Assembly (NCBI GenBank): GCA_965178125.1
Contig: OZ237775.1
Coordinates: 434,001 to 498,000, forward strand
Reading direction: 5' to 3'
From: Bilabrum cf. latius
Taxonomy: Eukaryota
Length of the DNA stretch: 64,000 bases
In this document: positions 38,643-51,200 of the stretch, piece after piece
Position numbering within the stretch: the first letter of the stretch is position 1
Layout: the number at the start of each line of letters is the position of its first letter
Position numbers and translations under genes: made by a program
The notes under the pieces: model-generated
Database searches by the model: none
The model's input: the letters and a program-made list of their open reading frames with translations, nothing else
What the model was told of the DNA's origin: nothing

Positions 38643-40325
38643 ATGGCAAACCTGGCCTTAGCAGCCGCAGTGGCATGGCTTTTTTTGTCGATGTAGAGCG
38701 CAGCTATGCCTGGATTTGTATCTGAGGCTCCGCGCCATATCCGGCTCACTCAGCTGCGTTCAGAGAGCAGTATGCGATTTACCTGGAACCAATTGCATGC
38801 CCCGGTCAAGCCGATGGTTCTCGTGGGAATCAACAAGCTGAATCTCACGCAAGCGATACCTGCGATATGCCATACGTTCGTACAGAGCGATATGTGCGCA
38901 GCCCCAGCGACGCTGCCCAAGAACTGGGAGGTGCCTGGGTACATTTGCGTCGCCACTGCAACCAATCTCCCGACCAACAATGTAACAAAGATGTACTACA
39001 GCGTCGGTGACGGCGGTAACATGTCGGCACCGAGGTCCTTTCGCCCTGGCCCTTCAGACACAAGCGGTCGGAGCCTGCGACTCCTTGCGACGGCAGACAT
39101 GGGCATCGATACGCCCATGGCGCTGTCAACCTTAAACAATATGACTTAGGTTGTCGAAGCCTCCGAGGATGGCGCGGGCATGGACCCGTTCGATCGCCCC
39201 GTGGACCTGGTCCTGTTCAACGGCGATCTGTCGTACGCCGTGTCGCACGCTCCAATCTGGGCCCAGTTCTTCGATCTCATGCAGGGCATCACGGAGCGCG
39301 TGCCCGTGAGCTACGCCGTGGGAAACCACGACTATGACGACAAAAATCAGACCTTTGACCCCTGGTGGTCGGACATCTGGTGGGACGGAGGATCCCAGGG
39401 GGAGTGTGGACTGCAGTACGACGCACGGCTGCAGCAGGAGGGACCAGCGCCACCAGGGCCCCGAGGGAACAACTGGACGGCCCCGGGGTACTACTCCAAC
39501 GTGAACAATTACTGGCACAGCATCAACCGGGGCCCCGTGCACTCCATCGCCCTTTCCACAGAGCACAACTACACTGCAGGCAGCCCTCAGTACCAGTGGC
39601 TGGTGGCGGACCTGCAGGCTGTGGACCGCGACCCGCAGACAGGCACTCCCTTCGTTATCGTGATGCTGCACCGGGCCATGTACGACACTACGCTCAGCGC
39701 GTTTTTACCCGAGGAGTTTGCCCTACGTTACGAGCTTGAGCCGCTGTTCGAGCAGTACAACGTGTCGCTGGTGCTGCTGGGGCACGTGCACAACTACCAG
39801 AGGACATGCGCCGTGTGGGATGGGACGTGCACGGGAGGCGATGGAACGAAAACAGAGGGCTCTTCTTCTGCCGGTATCGCTGCAGCTGCTGCCGGGTAGA
39901 GCCAAGCAGAGCGCGGGGAGGCCCATGCTCGCAAAGCCGCGCTGGTGGGACTAGAGGAGCGGCGGGCGAGGGCCGTTGCGAGAGATCATCCGGGGGTGGT
40001 GGGGAAAGACGGCGAGAGCGTGGATCCCACAGGAAGGGCCCTTGAGGACTTCCTGAGGCAGGCACCCGGGGAGAGGAAGACCCCCCATGGGGAGTCACCG
40101 CGGGGCCGCATCTACGCGCTGATTGGATCGGCTGGGCAGCCCACCGGATCCCGCGGCTGGCTGCTCGATCCATCGTGGTTGGCTGCTCGATCAGAGGAGT
40201 ACGGCTACATGGACATCGTGGTACACAACGCCTCTTTGGCCACGGGTAGGTACGTGTCCACCCCGGGCGGCGTCGTGCTGGACGAGTTCAGTTTCGGGCC
40301 GACAGGCAGAGACTACGGGTAGTGA
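38643..40325 (+). CDS. Secreted purple acid phosphatase (560 aa)
   Basis: Signal peptide MANLALAAAVAWLFLSM*SA and an FN3-like N-domain. All five metal-ligand blocks are present: DMG, GDLSY, GNHD, VMLH, GHVH. TAGs at 38694, 39147, 39897 and 40320; TGA at 40323-40325. Confidence 0.88.
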
Positions 40326-41280
40326 TGTGAGGCAAAGTCATGAAGACTACTGACGAGATTGAAACTGCTAAATTGAGTAGATCCTGCCGCGCTGTAGCCG
40401 GTTGAACGACAGGGTCCGCCTCCAAGATGACCCCCCCCCCACAAAAAAAAATAGAATCCATATGCGCTGGTCTGTGGCTCCTCCTTCCTACCATCCGGGA
40501 TACCCTCAAATCAACCAGATGACCCCACCAATCATCTCTACCACAAACCCTCTAGCCTGGTGCACCAGCACTGCACCCATCTCTCCTCCACCACCCCAGC
40601 CACTCCCACCCCGTCGCGACCGCCGGTCCTGCTCGTGTCTGGCCGGCGATACCCCCCGACCGCTTCCTCCTCCGCTTCGGTACGTCACATCTGATCCTGC
40701 ACCTCAAGCGGGTCCTGCGCCTAAAGCGCGACCTCAATCTCAGGGATCTAATTGGCCTCACCAACAGGAGAAGGTCCAGCCCACTTGCAGTACCTAGAAG
40801 TGCGCCGGTATTCCGAGAAAGGAGTGGGCCAGCTGACTCCCCCCGTACCCCTCCTCGCTGAGATCCAAAAATCCGTCGTTGCACCAACGAAGGCCATACA
40901 GCGGCCACCTTCAGCTTGCTCTAATTGGCTTGCAGGTCAGTATTGAGGCTTTATTGAGTAGTGTCGAAACGGAGTGGCAATGCTCTGGAGTGTAGCGTTG
41001 ACCCTTAAAGTGAGCAGGGCAGTTTGCTGCTGCGCAGTGTCGCCTCCTTTTCCATGCGGGATACACAACAGGGCATATCCCGTCGCACCCCTCTTGCGAT
41101 TGCAATGGTAGGAGGATCGAATAACTCTCAGAACGAGCTGCAGTGCCACATCGTGCACAGTCTTGACCACAGCTCAAGGAATGCCCAGAGGACCGTACGA
41201 AACCGTGACGGTGTTCCAGGCAACTGGCTTCTGGCGATCGTGCACTGCATGTACCTCGTCCGCACAGTCGAATCGCCCGA

Positions 41281-41952
41281 TTACAGCCCGCTCACCGCCC
41301 TACCCGCCGTGGATCGCCTCCTCAAGTTGCCGCTGGCGCTCGCCCCGGTCGCCTTCTTTCCCCTCTTAGACTTGCGCCTCCTCCGCCGACGGTTGTTGTT
41401 CGCCGTCCAGCCTGCGCCCGCCCGCCTGTCGCCCGCAGGCTCTTGCTGCTTCTTTAGGTATGCCCAGAAATACTGGGCCGACGCAAGCCCAAAGAAAAGC
41501 CAGGACAGAATCTGAACGCCAAAGCCGATCCCGTACCGCATTCGGTCGGAGCTGCCAACCGTGCCCGCTGCCCCAGCCGCCCATGATAATGAAACCAACA
41601 CGCCAAGCGCGACTGGCCCGGCTGGAACCAATACGGCCACAAACATCATGAAAGCGTTGCGCAGCAGGGTGTAGACCAAGATCGAGAATATCACTTCGAC
41701 AATTGCGGTGATTACCATCAGAACGGCAAACGTTCGAGCAGAAAATACAGCGGCTGACGGATCCAGTATGCCATCGCATCCGTCTGGTACAAACGGGACG
41801 TCAACTGTACAAATTCGCCAAAGCCCAGCAGTGACCTTGGCGTCGCCGATTTGAGAAATATTCCAGTCGTTAACCACGATCGCCACGATAGAACATACCA
41901 TACCAATAATTGAGGTTACTGTTCCTGATGTTGCGGACCAATGGAGAGGCAT
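41281..41952 (-). CDS. Claudin/PMP22/EMP-like tetraspan membrane protein (223 aa)
   Basis: Four hydrophobic segments, a W...GLW..C...C first-loop signature (NDWN..AGLWRIC..DGC), RYGIGF before TM4 and a basic tail. Ends in TAA. Confidence 0.75.
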   Translation of the reverse strand: MPLHWSATSGTVTSIIGMVCSIVAIVVNDWNISQIGDAKVTAGLWRICTVDVPFVPDGCDGILDPSAAVFSARTFAVLMVITAIVEVIFSILVYTLLRNAFMMFVAVLVPAGPVALGVLVSLSWAAGAAGTVGSSDRMRYGIGFGVQILSWLFFGLASAQYFWAYLKKQQEPAGDRRAGAGWTANNNRRRRRRKSKRGKKATGASASGNLRRRSTAGRAVSGL

Positions 41953-42292
41953 GGCTAGGCGTGTATTGCCTTGTTTTTGTGCAACGCTTTGCTTTTCGCG
42001 TGTGATCAGACTGCAGTGCAATGCAAAGTGCGACCACTGGGGTGGTCGCACAACAGCTAGGTGACATTTTCGGCTCGTTCAAGATTCTATCGATCCTGAA
42101 GTTGCTTTCATTGGGTTCATATTCACAACAGCACATATCTTGACAAGTTGGGGCGCAGTCTGCATCACCGGTTGAGGTTCCAGCTAATAGGCGACGGTTC
42201 CAAGCAGACATTTTGTCCAGGCCGCGCCTAGCCGGCAGTCCGCGCATTTGCTTTCCGCAGCTCCATCAGCCTAGATTTCTCACTAAGATTGC

Positions 42293-45200
42293 ATGCATTC
42301 GGCGGGTGGTGTGGTCGTCAATGCGTCCAGTGCTGCACGTCGTGGGCAGCTGCCAACGGCCGACACTTCTGGCATTTAGGACCAGGAGGCATCCGCGCCG
42401 AAAAGGTCATCGTCTGCAAAGCTACGAGCTGGTGGTATGGCTAGATAGTTGATGGAGGCTCGATCTCGCAGGGTGCTACTGCCTGCCGAGGAGAAGTCTG
42501 ATGACGACGACGTCGACGAGGAAACGGACTCTGAAGCTGAAAGACGAGCTGTTTAGAAAGCGCTGGCGCAAGACGACGCAGAATTTGACGTTCCTTTAGC
42601 GGATAGCTCCGAAGACAGTGATAGCCCTCTTCGGTACCGAAACTTCTACAGCAGCCGACGAGTGCAGTCTCGCGTTCGGCGCGCGGCCCAGAGCCACAAG
42701 GGCGTGCAGGACCTTCAGGTGAATTTCGTCGTAGTTCACGGAAATGAGGTTACAGCACACAAGTTTGCACCGAGGTCCCTGTACGTGTTCAACGAGAGCT
42801 CCTGGCTTCGACAGTGGGTGATTTGGGTCGTGACTTCCCGGTGGTTCGAACGGGTGATTCTGCTGCTTATTTTGATGAACTCCATCATGCTTGCTCTCGC
42901 GGACTACTCCCCGGAGTCAGTGGATCCCTAGACGTACGAGCCCTCTGCGAAGAACTCTCCCAGGAACCAGCTGCTGGAGGAGGCAGAGCCCATCTTCCTG
43001 GGACTGTTCGTCACCGAAGCGGCGCTGAAAATAATAGCCCAGGGGTTCATTCTGGACGAAGGTTCGTACCTGAGGTCATACTGGAACTGGCTGGATTTCA
43101 TCGTTGTTGTGAGCGGGCTGGCGTCTGCCCTGCCCTTCGTACCGAACGTGACCATCCTGCGCACATTGAGGCTACTTAGGCCACTCCGCTCCCTCACTGT
43201 CCTACCAGGCATGCGAGCACTCGTCAGCTCCCTGATCAATAGCATCCCCCAGCTGCTGAACGTCGTCGCCCTGCTGGCATTCGTGTTTTTTCTGTGGGGC
43301 GTCCTAGGGGTACAGCTGTTCGCGGGTATCCAGCACAGCCGATGCAGGATGACTCCGTACCCAGTAGAGATTCCAGCTTCCCACACACAGCTGCCGCAAG
43401 ATTGCTACCCGCTGTACGGGCTAGGCCCTGATGTTTGTGCCGCTTCGCTAAACGGCACCGGGGTCACCGTGCAGCCCCTGTATTTCGAGATGATGGACCG
43501 GTACTTTGACCCACCTGACCTCTTCCTGTACAGCGGCGCCGCCCAGGACGGTGGCAGCGCCACTGGACTGGGGGAGGCAGTGGGCAGCCTGACTTCAGAG
43601 GGCGACAGCATTCTGGAAGCGGCCGACATCTTGGGCGGCACGGGGCAGATTCCGCTGGGGGCAGACGCCGTGAACTCGTCCAGCCTAGGGACTGGCGATG
43701 TGGCTCAGGTGTACGACCCCGGCGACTACTACGTGTCGTACGCTGACGCAGTGGCCTACGTGAGAGCTCTCAAGGAAGACAGGGCGACCTTCCCGTTTTG
43801 CGGGGCTGGGCGAGCCATGGACGCAGACACCTGGAGCGACCTGGAGCTGTCAGCCGGTGGCAATGCGTGGGGCAGGCGCCGCCGATCCCGCCGGTTGCAA
43901 CAGGCCGATGATCCCAACACGTGGCCACAGACGGGTATCCCGCTGTCCTCGGGCTCGTGGAGGAAGAACACGTCACCCTGGAGCACGGCTCGTCCGTGCG
44001 TCTGGCCCATCGACGCGGAGGACCAGCGGCTTTGCGGAGACACTGTGGGTGCAAGGCATTGCAGCGCGGCGCCGCGCACCATCGAAGTCCCAATGGGCCC
44101 TGCCATTCCGTTCTACAACACTACGAGGCCGCTGCAAGCCCTCGATCAGCCAGCCGAGCCTGCGTTCGGTGCACGCTCGGGACAAGGTACGGGTGCCAGC
44201 GCGTTTGGACCACTGCCAGTGGGCGGCAACGTGACCTTCGTGGATGACGGCAGCAGGTACTGCGGCAGCAACATGGATACCTTCGGCAACGATCGCTTCC
44301 TGAGCGAGAGGTTCGTGGAGAGCGCCACCGGGATCGCCGAGCTTAACTTCGGTTTCACCACGTTCGACAACGTGATGATTGCATTCGTCACGATTCTGCA
44401 ATCCATCACGCTGGAAGGGTGGGTACTGGTGATGTACCAGCTGCAGGACAGCTTCAATCCACTTGCAGGCGGCTTTTTCATGGTAGGACTCGTGATTTTC
44501 GCGGGGTATTTCCTTTTGAATCTGGTGCTCGCCGTGTTGTGGCAGCAGTACAGCGAGTCGTAGAGAGCCGATTTGGAGGCAGTCAATCGTCGGGCCGCTG
44601 CGTTGGACCTGATCGAGCAGAAGGAAAAGTAGGAGCGTGCCGCCGAGGAGGCTATTTTGCTCAGGCTGCAGCAGGAAAACAGGAGGATGAGGCGCATTAG
44701 ACAGCAGCGAAGGAGGCGGCTGAGGGAAGAGAGAATGAGAGAGGAGGAGGAACGGGCCGCGGGGGCGGCCGGCCAGCTGTGGCGGGACAGGCCGTCCGAC
44801 AGTGACGGTGATGATGATGAGGAGAAGAAAGGAGGAGGCGGCGGTGGCGCGGCGGCAGCGCCCGGTTCACGCGCGGGGTTAAGTGGAGGTAGTACCGTAT
44901 CGTTCGCCGGCGGCCCCATCCTTTCGGCGCAGTCGGCGCACCCGGGTCGCACCGGGCCCGCTCTGGCGGGCGGGACGATCGAGGACAAAGCTGTTGCGGT
45001 GGAAGGGGGCAGCGTCATTGGTCGGGTGCGCAGTTTCTTCGGCGGAGTGCCTCAGGACGATGAGGAAAAGGGGACAGGCAGTGGCAGGGCAGGAGCGAGG
45101 GAAGCAGCGAAGAAACGCATGAAGAAGGGGCACAGCATGCGAGTGCCACCTCCGGCGCAGCTTCGAAAGCGACAGCCAGTGTTCATGAAGCTTCTCAAGA

Positions 45201-48200
45201 GGACCAAGACCGCGCTCATTCGAGCGCAGATGCGCGGGGAGCTGTCAGCTCCGATGCAGGATCTTGCTAGGAACCCCGACTCCACGCAGCCTCAGCTGCC
45301 CCTCCGTGGCCCAGTAACGATGGCATCAGGTAGTTTGCTAGATAGTAAGACAGGCCACTCAGTGGGCGATGCAGCTGGAGCTTCCGGTGCGCACAGCCCG
45401 AAGCTCGGAGCTGTGGCCCCGCCGACCCACAGCGGCGATATGCCGTCGAGCACGTCACCTATCTTGCACACGCGAGGAATCCACGAATCAGGCTCCCATG
45501 GATCCGGTGGAGATTCCAAGTCGCATGCATTAGAAGAAAGTAGCACAGGCAGCGGCAAAGGCCACATGAAGAAGAAATCAAGCATGGCGTGGCAGGCGAT
45601 CGCAGCGGCTGCGCTGTCATCACCTGCAGGAGACCCTAATACCGTGGATCCCGTCTCTGGCGACCCGTTGGAGCCTGCCGTTGGCAGCGGGGAGCATGTT
45701 ATGCCCGAGCAGCACTCGGCTGCAGCCGAGGCCGTGATCGAGAAGGTGTTCACACAGGCTCTTGCCAGGAGCCGGAGCAGGCGGGACAAGGACGGCCGGT
45801 CGAAGAGCAGGAGCAAGAGCAGGGGCAAGCATGGAGAGGATGATGCGCAGGTGTCATTTCGAGGATTGCAACGCGGTGGGTCATCCAAGCGAAGCGTGGG
45901 CACTTCAGGTACCGCCAGCTCCCGACGAATGGGTACTTCAAACAGGTCTGTCGGCACCGGCTCAGAGCGAAGGATCGTGGGTAACGCCGCGGGATCATCC
46001 CGTAGCCAGTACTTGCGCGACCACGCCAGGAGAGTGGGCCAGCAGCAGAAAGAGGCCAGGAGGGCCCGCGGCAATTCGAGGCGGCCGAACAGTGATCGCA
46101 CCGATGTGGGAGGGCAGCAGGGCCAGGTGGTGGCCTGGCGAGATTCTGGCGGAACAGAGTCCAAACGGGCCGACACGGCCGGCGTGCAGCGATCGACCTC
46201 ATCGGCAGCCAACACAAAGCAGTCTAGTGGCCGCTCAGGCCTCGACGAATTGACCGCGGGGCCACAGCAGCAAACCAGCACGATTGCAAGACTGGCTCGA
46301 ATCGGGCTGGAGGACGACGCCGACACCAAGATGAAGCACGCAATCAGGCACAAGAGCTCCGTGTCTCCCCGGACAGCGAATTCGGGAGGCCTGCCAACCA
46401 CACCACAGCCGGGAGTTCCCATGAAGCTGCACGGCCTCATCGGAGCCAGGCCCTCCATTACGGCCGGCCGGCCACCGCCACGGCCGATCGACACGGGCAC
46501 TGCCCCCGAATCTAACCTTGCAGATGCTCTCCTGGCAGCGGGGTCAGCAGAGGGCCTGATGACGCCCGGCATGGCGCTTCAAGCGATGCGCCGGGCTGGA
46601 TTCCAGGAGGAAGACCTGGATCACCCGGACCACCCCATCCATTAGTAGACGGGCAGCAGCACCCTATCCATCGCAAGGCACGTTCTCATGATGCAGCGGT
46701 GGCAGCAGCGGGCGCAGCAGCGGGCTGAGCAAGAGGCCAACGATGTGCATGATCCTACTACGATGGGGGCACTCATGGGATCAACCAACCGGGGCGTGTC
46801 CCCTCCGAGTGCAGCGCATGGTAGCGCCCAAGCACCAAGCGTGGCCCAGGCCTACCATGGCCTTGATTCCGTGCATTCCCCTCAGGCGACTGCCAGGCAG
46901 ATTATGATCCCTGTGGGCAGGGGCAGAGCGCAAGGCAGGTTGCCTACGGTGCCGAGTCACCGCAGCGCCAGCGCCGGCACAGGTGTCGTTGCCAGCGACC
47001 CGCGCCCTTCACGTGGCGGCCACGCACAATTCGAAACGGCAGGGTCAATGCACCATGCGGGTGCCGAAGGCCCTGTCTCAAGGCACAGGTCACAGTCAGT
47101 GGATCTGACTGCGTCGCGAAGCAGTGCTGCAGGGCCCGAAGCGGGCAGCACCGCGGGAATGCTGGATCCTTCGCAGCCTGTGCCCGAGGACATTTTCCGC
47201 ACGAAGATGCAGGGCCTCCCTGCCCCGCTGACGGCAGGGAACGGCCTGCAGCGGACTGCTACGAGGCCCGGTGGGAGACTCATGGCTGTCCTGCGCAGGC
47301 GCACGCTTCGGGAGTAGAAGAGCAAGAAGCATGATAGGGGGGGCAGGAAGCTGAAGCTCGCGCCTGAGACAGAGAAGATCTACAGAGACCTGCGCAGAAA
47401 AGCCAACACGCTGGTCTCGAAGGAGCAAAACGCCGCGAGCAAGGGACTCGGTAGCAGGCGTGCCTCATTCGCTGACGGTGTCACCGCAGGACTCCTGGGG
47501 GCACGTGAGTTGAGGGAGCCAACGGGAGCAGGCGGGACAGCTGGACCCGCAGGAGGCTCTGAATCGGCAGCATCCAACGGTGCTGGCGCTAGTTAGCCAA
47601 CGACTCCGCAGAGACGCGTGTCATCGATCGATCTTGCAGCTTTAAAGAGACGCAGCGAAGCCAAGCCCGTAGCAAGGCGTGCCAGGCGCACATCGACAGG
47701 GTTCAAAGGAGGCATGCAGCAAGTGGCTGAGGCGCTGCAGGCCGAGGCAGAGGCAAATACATCCAGTGGGGGTGCAGAGGAGCATGATGGAGCACCAAGG
47801 AATGCTAAAAAAGACTCGAAGCTGCAGGCAAGCGCGGGCAGCATCCGGGATGCAAGCAGTAGCAAGCTCGGGTCACCCCCGCGGAGCTCACCAGCCACTG
47901 ATTCGAAGAAGCCGATCCATGCCACAGGAGTACCTGGAGCTGAGGCGCACCGGCAGTTGTCTGCGAAAGCCACTGCACAGGTCCTGGACATTTCCACTGA
48001 TGCGGATAGCCTTCTCAGTGGGGAGGGCAGGCAAGCGGGCGCTTCACCCTCCCCCAGCATCGGTCGCGGTGTGACTGGGCCTGACAGTAAACATAGTGCA
48101 CATCGCCCCGCCGGTCTGGTTCAAGACGAAGCCCCATCGCGGGCGTCGGCCGGGTCCAGGCAGCCTCGCGTGAGGATCGTCGAATCGCCGGACAAGGGGT

Positions 48201-51200
48201 CCCAAGCCGCTGCGAGGCACGGTTTCTCCAAGGAACGCTCGGGTGCTTCCTTCCCTCCGGTGTAGCTGCGACCGGTCCAGTCCACCGGTGGAGCCACGCC
48301 AGCACTGCCACCCACCCGATCTCAGCATGCCCCCATGCTGGGTCTGTTAGGCAGGGGCGGTCGCTCGGACAGCTCGCGCGATTTCAACAGCAGCTCGTCC
48401 GGTGGCAGCTCTCAGCGGAGTTCGAGACGGGCGAGACCACTCAAAGCAAAGAAGCCGCCCAAGGACCTGCGAGCCGCCGATGCGATCATCTTCCACCAGG
48501 TGACGCCCTCTCTCGGCTGCTGCGAGTGGCTTCGGCTGTGGGCGCTGAGGGTGGTGGCGAGCGGTCCGTTCGCGGCAACGATCGTTCTGTTGATCCTAGC
48601 GAACGCTGCTGTGCTGGCGCTGGAGCAGTATCCCATCGTGCCGCGGCGCCAATCGATCGCAGAGATGATCAATTTCGGCCTGTCTGCTGTGTTTGCAGTA
48701 GAAATGACGCTCAAGATGTACGCGCTTGGATTCGAGGCGTATTTCAGAGATCGCTTCAACGTCTTCGACGCCGTGGTGGTGCTCGTGTCTGCCATAGAAA
48801 TCGCGATCAGCCCTCCTGATTTTCTAGTGGGGGGCGACGATGACTCGAGCGGCGGGGCCGCGCTGTCCGGTCTGCGGACATTTAGGATTGTGCGCGTGCT
48901 GAAGCTAGCCCGCTCGCTCGTGTCTCTGCGGGTGCTGCTGGAGACGATCTTGAGGTCTCTCCAAGACGTGGCTAACTTTGCGCTGCTGCTTTTCCTGTTC
49001 ATATACATCTTCTCTCTGCTGGGGCAGTTCCTGTTCGCGAACCGCTTCCGGTTCGATCCGCGGTCCGGGGACGTGGTCAGGCTCGGAACGGCTGGATTTG
49101 ACGATGCTGAGGTGCCCCGCGAGAACTTTGACAACTTTCTGTCCGCCTTTGTCTCAATCTTCTCGATTCTGATGGTTGAGGCATGGCCCTCGATTTTGTT
49201 CTCCGGTTGGAGGGCCTCCCGTGCCGAGACAGATGCCTTTGAGCTGATCGCCGTGCTGTACTTTGTGGTTGTCGTGGTGGTCGGCAACCTGGTGTTGCTC
49301 TCTCTCTTTCTGGCCATCCTGCTGTCCAACTTCGAGGGGCTGGACGAGGAGATGGCGAACGCGGCGGAGCGGCTCCGTCGGAAGGCGCTGGGCACCAGCA
49401 AGAAGAAGAAGAAAAAGAAAAAAGGGCCTAAGGGCGGCGATTCAGTGGGCGGCAGTGGAGGCTCCTCGGCAGGTGGCGTGCCAATTTACTCAGAGGATGA
49501 CAGCAACAGCGGTTCAGACGACACAGATGGGTCTGTCGCGATGCCGTTTGATCCAGCTCTGCTGAGTTCCACAGAAAGCGAAGAGGAGAGCGAAGAAGAT
49601 CAGTTCCTGGAAGACCTGCAGAACGCCCCGTAGAGCTCACGGAACGGGCTATCTGCTTCGAATGCCTCTAGCCGGTGGTTCTTCTAGTCCAGGAGAGACC
49701 AACTCCTTGGTGCCCAACGGTCCGGTGCAAGCATAGGCTCGCAGCGATCGACTCCTCTGGGCATGCCGGGCCCGCCTGTCGTAGCTAAATCGCTTGGAAT
49801 CGATGGGTAGTCTGTAGCCAGTGGCGGCAGATCCATCGCCAGCAGCGGAATCGGTACACGAGGCCGCCGCACTTCCCTTATTGACATGCGAGGGGCTACT
49901 GGCACGGGCTTAATACGCAGCCAGTCACCAGCGGTGGGATCCCGAGCCAGCCCAGCCTTCCTGCGCAAGAAGCGGTCCATGCGGAGCAACGCCTCCTTCC
50001 GGTCGAATTCCTCAAAGGGCAGCAGCAGTCAGGTGGCCGAAGCCATGGCAGCGCTGAAGAAGGGCAAGTCCGGCAAGAACCTGCTGCGGAAGCGCATGTC
50101 CCACACCAACGCGCAGATGAACCAGCTACTCGCGAAGAGATCCTTCCGCTTCAAGAAATCGCACGCGGCTCAGAAAGAGGAGCAGCGCAAACAAATGATG
50201 GCGCTAGATGCTTTCGGATCGCCGAACGAGTCGAGGCAGGGCAAAGCCCCTCCCTCGCTCACCAACTCGCCGCCGGACCAAAAGAGGCGCCTGCGAGGCC
50301 CGAGCCCCTCCGCGAGCGACGGACACAAGAGCGTCAAGGACGGGCGCGGCTCCAGACAGGGGGCGATGGACACGGAAGGGTCCATCCAGCCCTTCGATAT
50401 GGAGGGCTTCGTGTCTCGGCCAGTGGTAGTGCGAGCTGACTCAGGTCTCAAGCCCTAGATGCTGGTTAGCAGCGGCATAGGCGCAAGCGCGGGGCAGCAT
50501 TCCACCGACCAGCCAGCCAACGACGCGGGAACGGTGAATTCCTCAGAACTCGGCAAGTCTGCGGGGGACGATGGTTCGAGCAGCGGCGCTGGCTCCCGAG
50601 CCACAGCACCACCTGTCAGTGGTGCCGCAACATCCAAGAGCAAGCGGGCCTCCCGAGTGGCAGGGTTGTTCCTCAAGGCACTCGGCAACGCCGCCATGAA
50701 GAATTCAGCCGAGTCGGGCACGCCTGCTCCGGACAACGAGACGCCATCTTCAGCAGCGAGCGGTGCCCTATCCAGTTTCGCCCGTCGCAAGAAGCGCATG
50801 AGCTCCCTCAAAGACGCCGCCAATGCCATCCGAATGGCGCAGCGTGCCACTAGACGGTCGGATGCCAAGCGCGACAGAGGAGCCTCAAAGAGCAACATAG
50901 CATCGATCGTTTCTACTATCTAGGCGAGACAGGAGGGTAAGAAACGGACGTGCCAGTACTACACGGGCAAGTTCCTCCGACGGGTGTGGAGGAACGTGAG
51001 AGGCACCGTGATTGGTATGCGAGACCAGAACGCTGTGTCGGAATTCATGTCTCGCCTAAACAGCATCAAGTAGCGATTGGACGATAAAGCCAAGGCAGTG
51101 TCGCCCACCAAGCAGGCCACCAAGCAGGCCACCACTACCTCCTTCCGAACAGACGGCAGCGGGACCGGCACAGCAGTGGCTGTAGGGACTGGAGCCGGCC

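Noticed and set aside
38076-38661. ORFs 38076-38297 and 38302-38661 as genes or as an upstream phosphatase exon
   Set aside because: They have no motifs, and the phosphatase has its own ATG and signal peptide at 38643 in another frame.
40400-41280. Short ORFs and the C10/A9 run between the phosphatase and claudin-like genes
   Set aside because: I found no recognisable product. It may be a decayed repeat, but I cannot support that.
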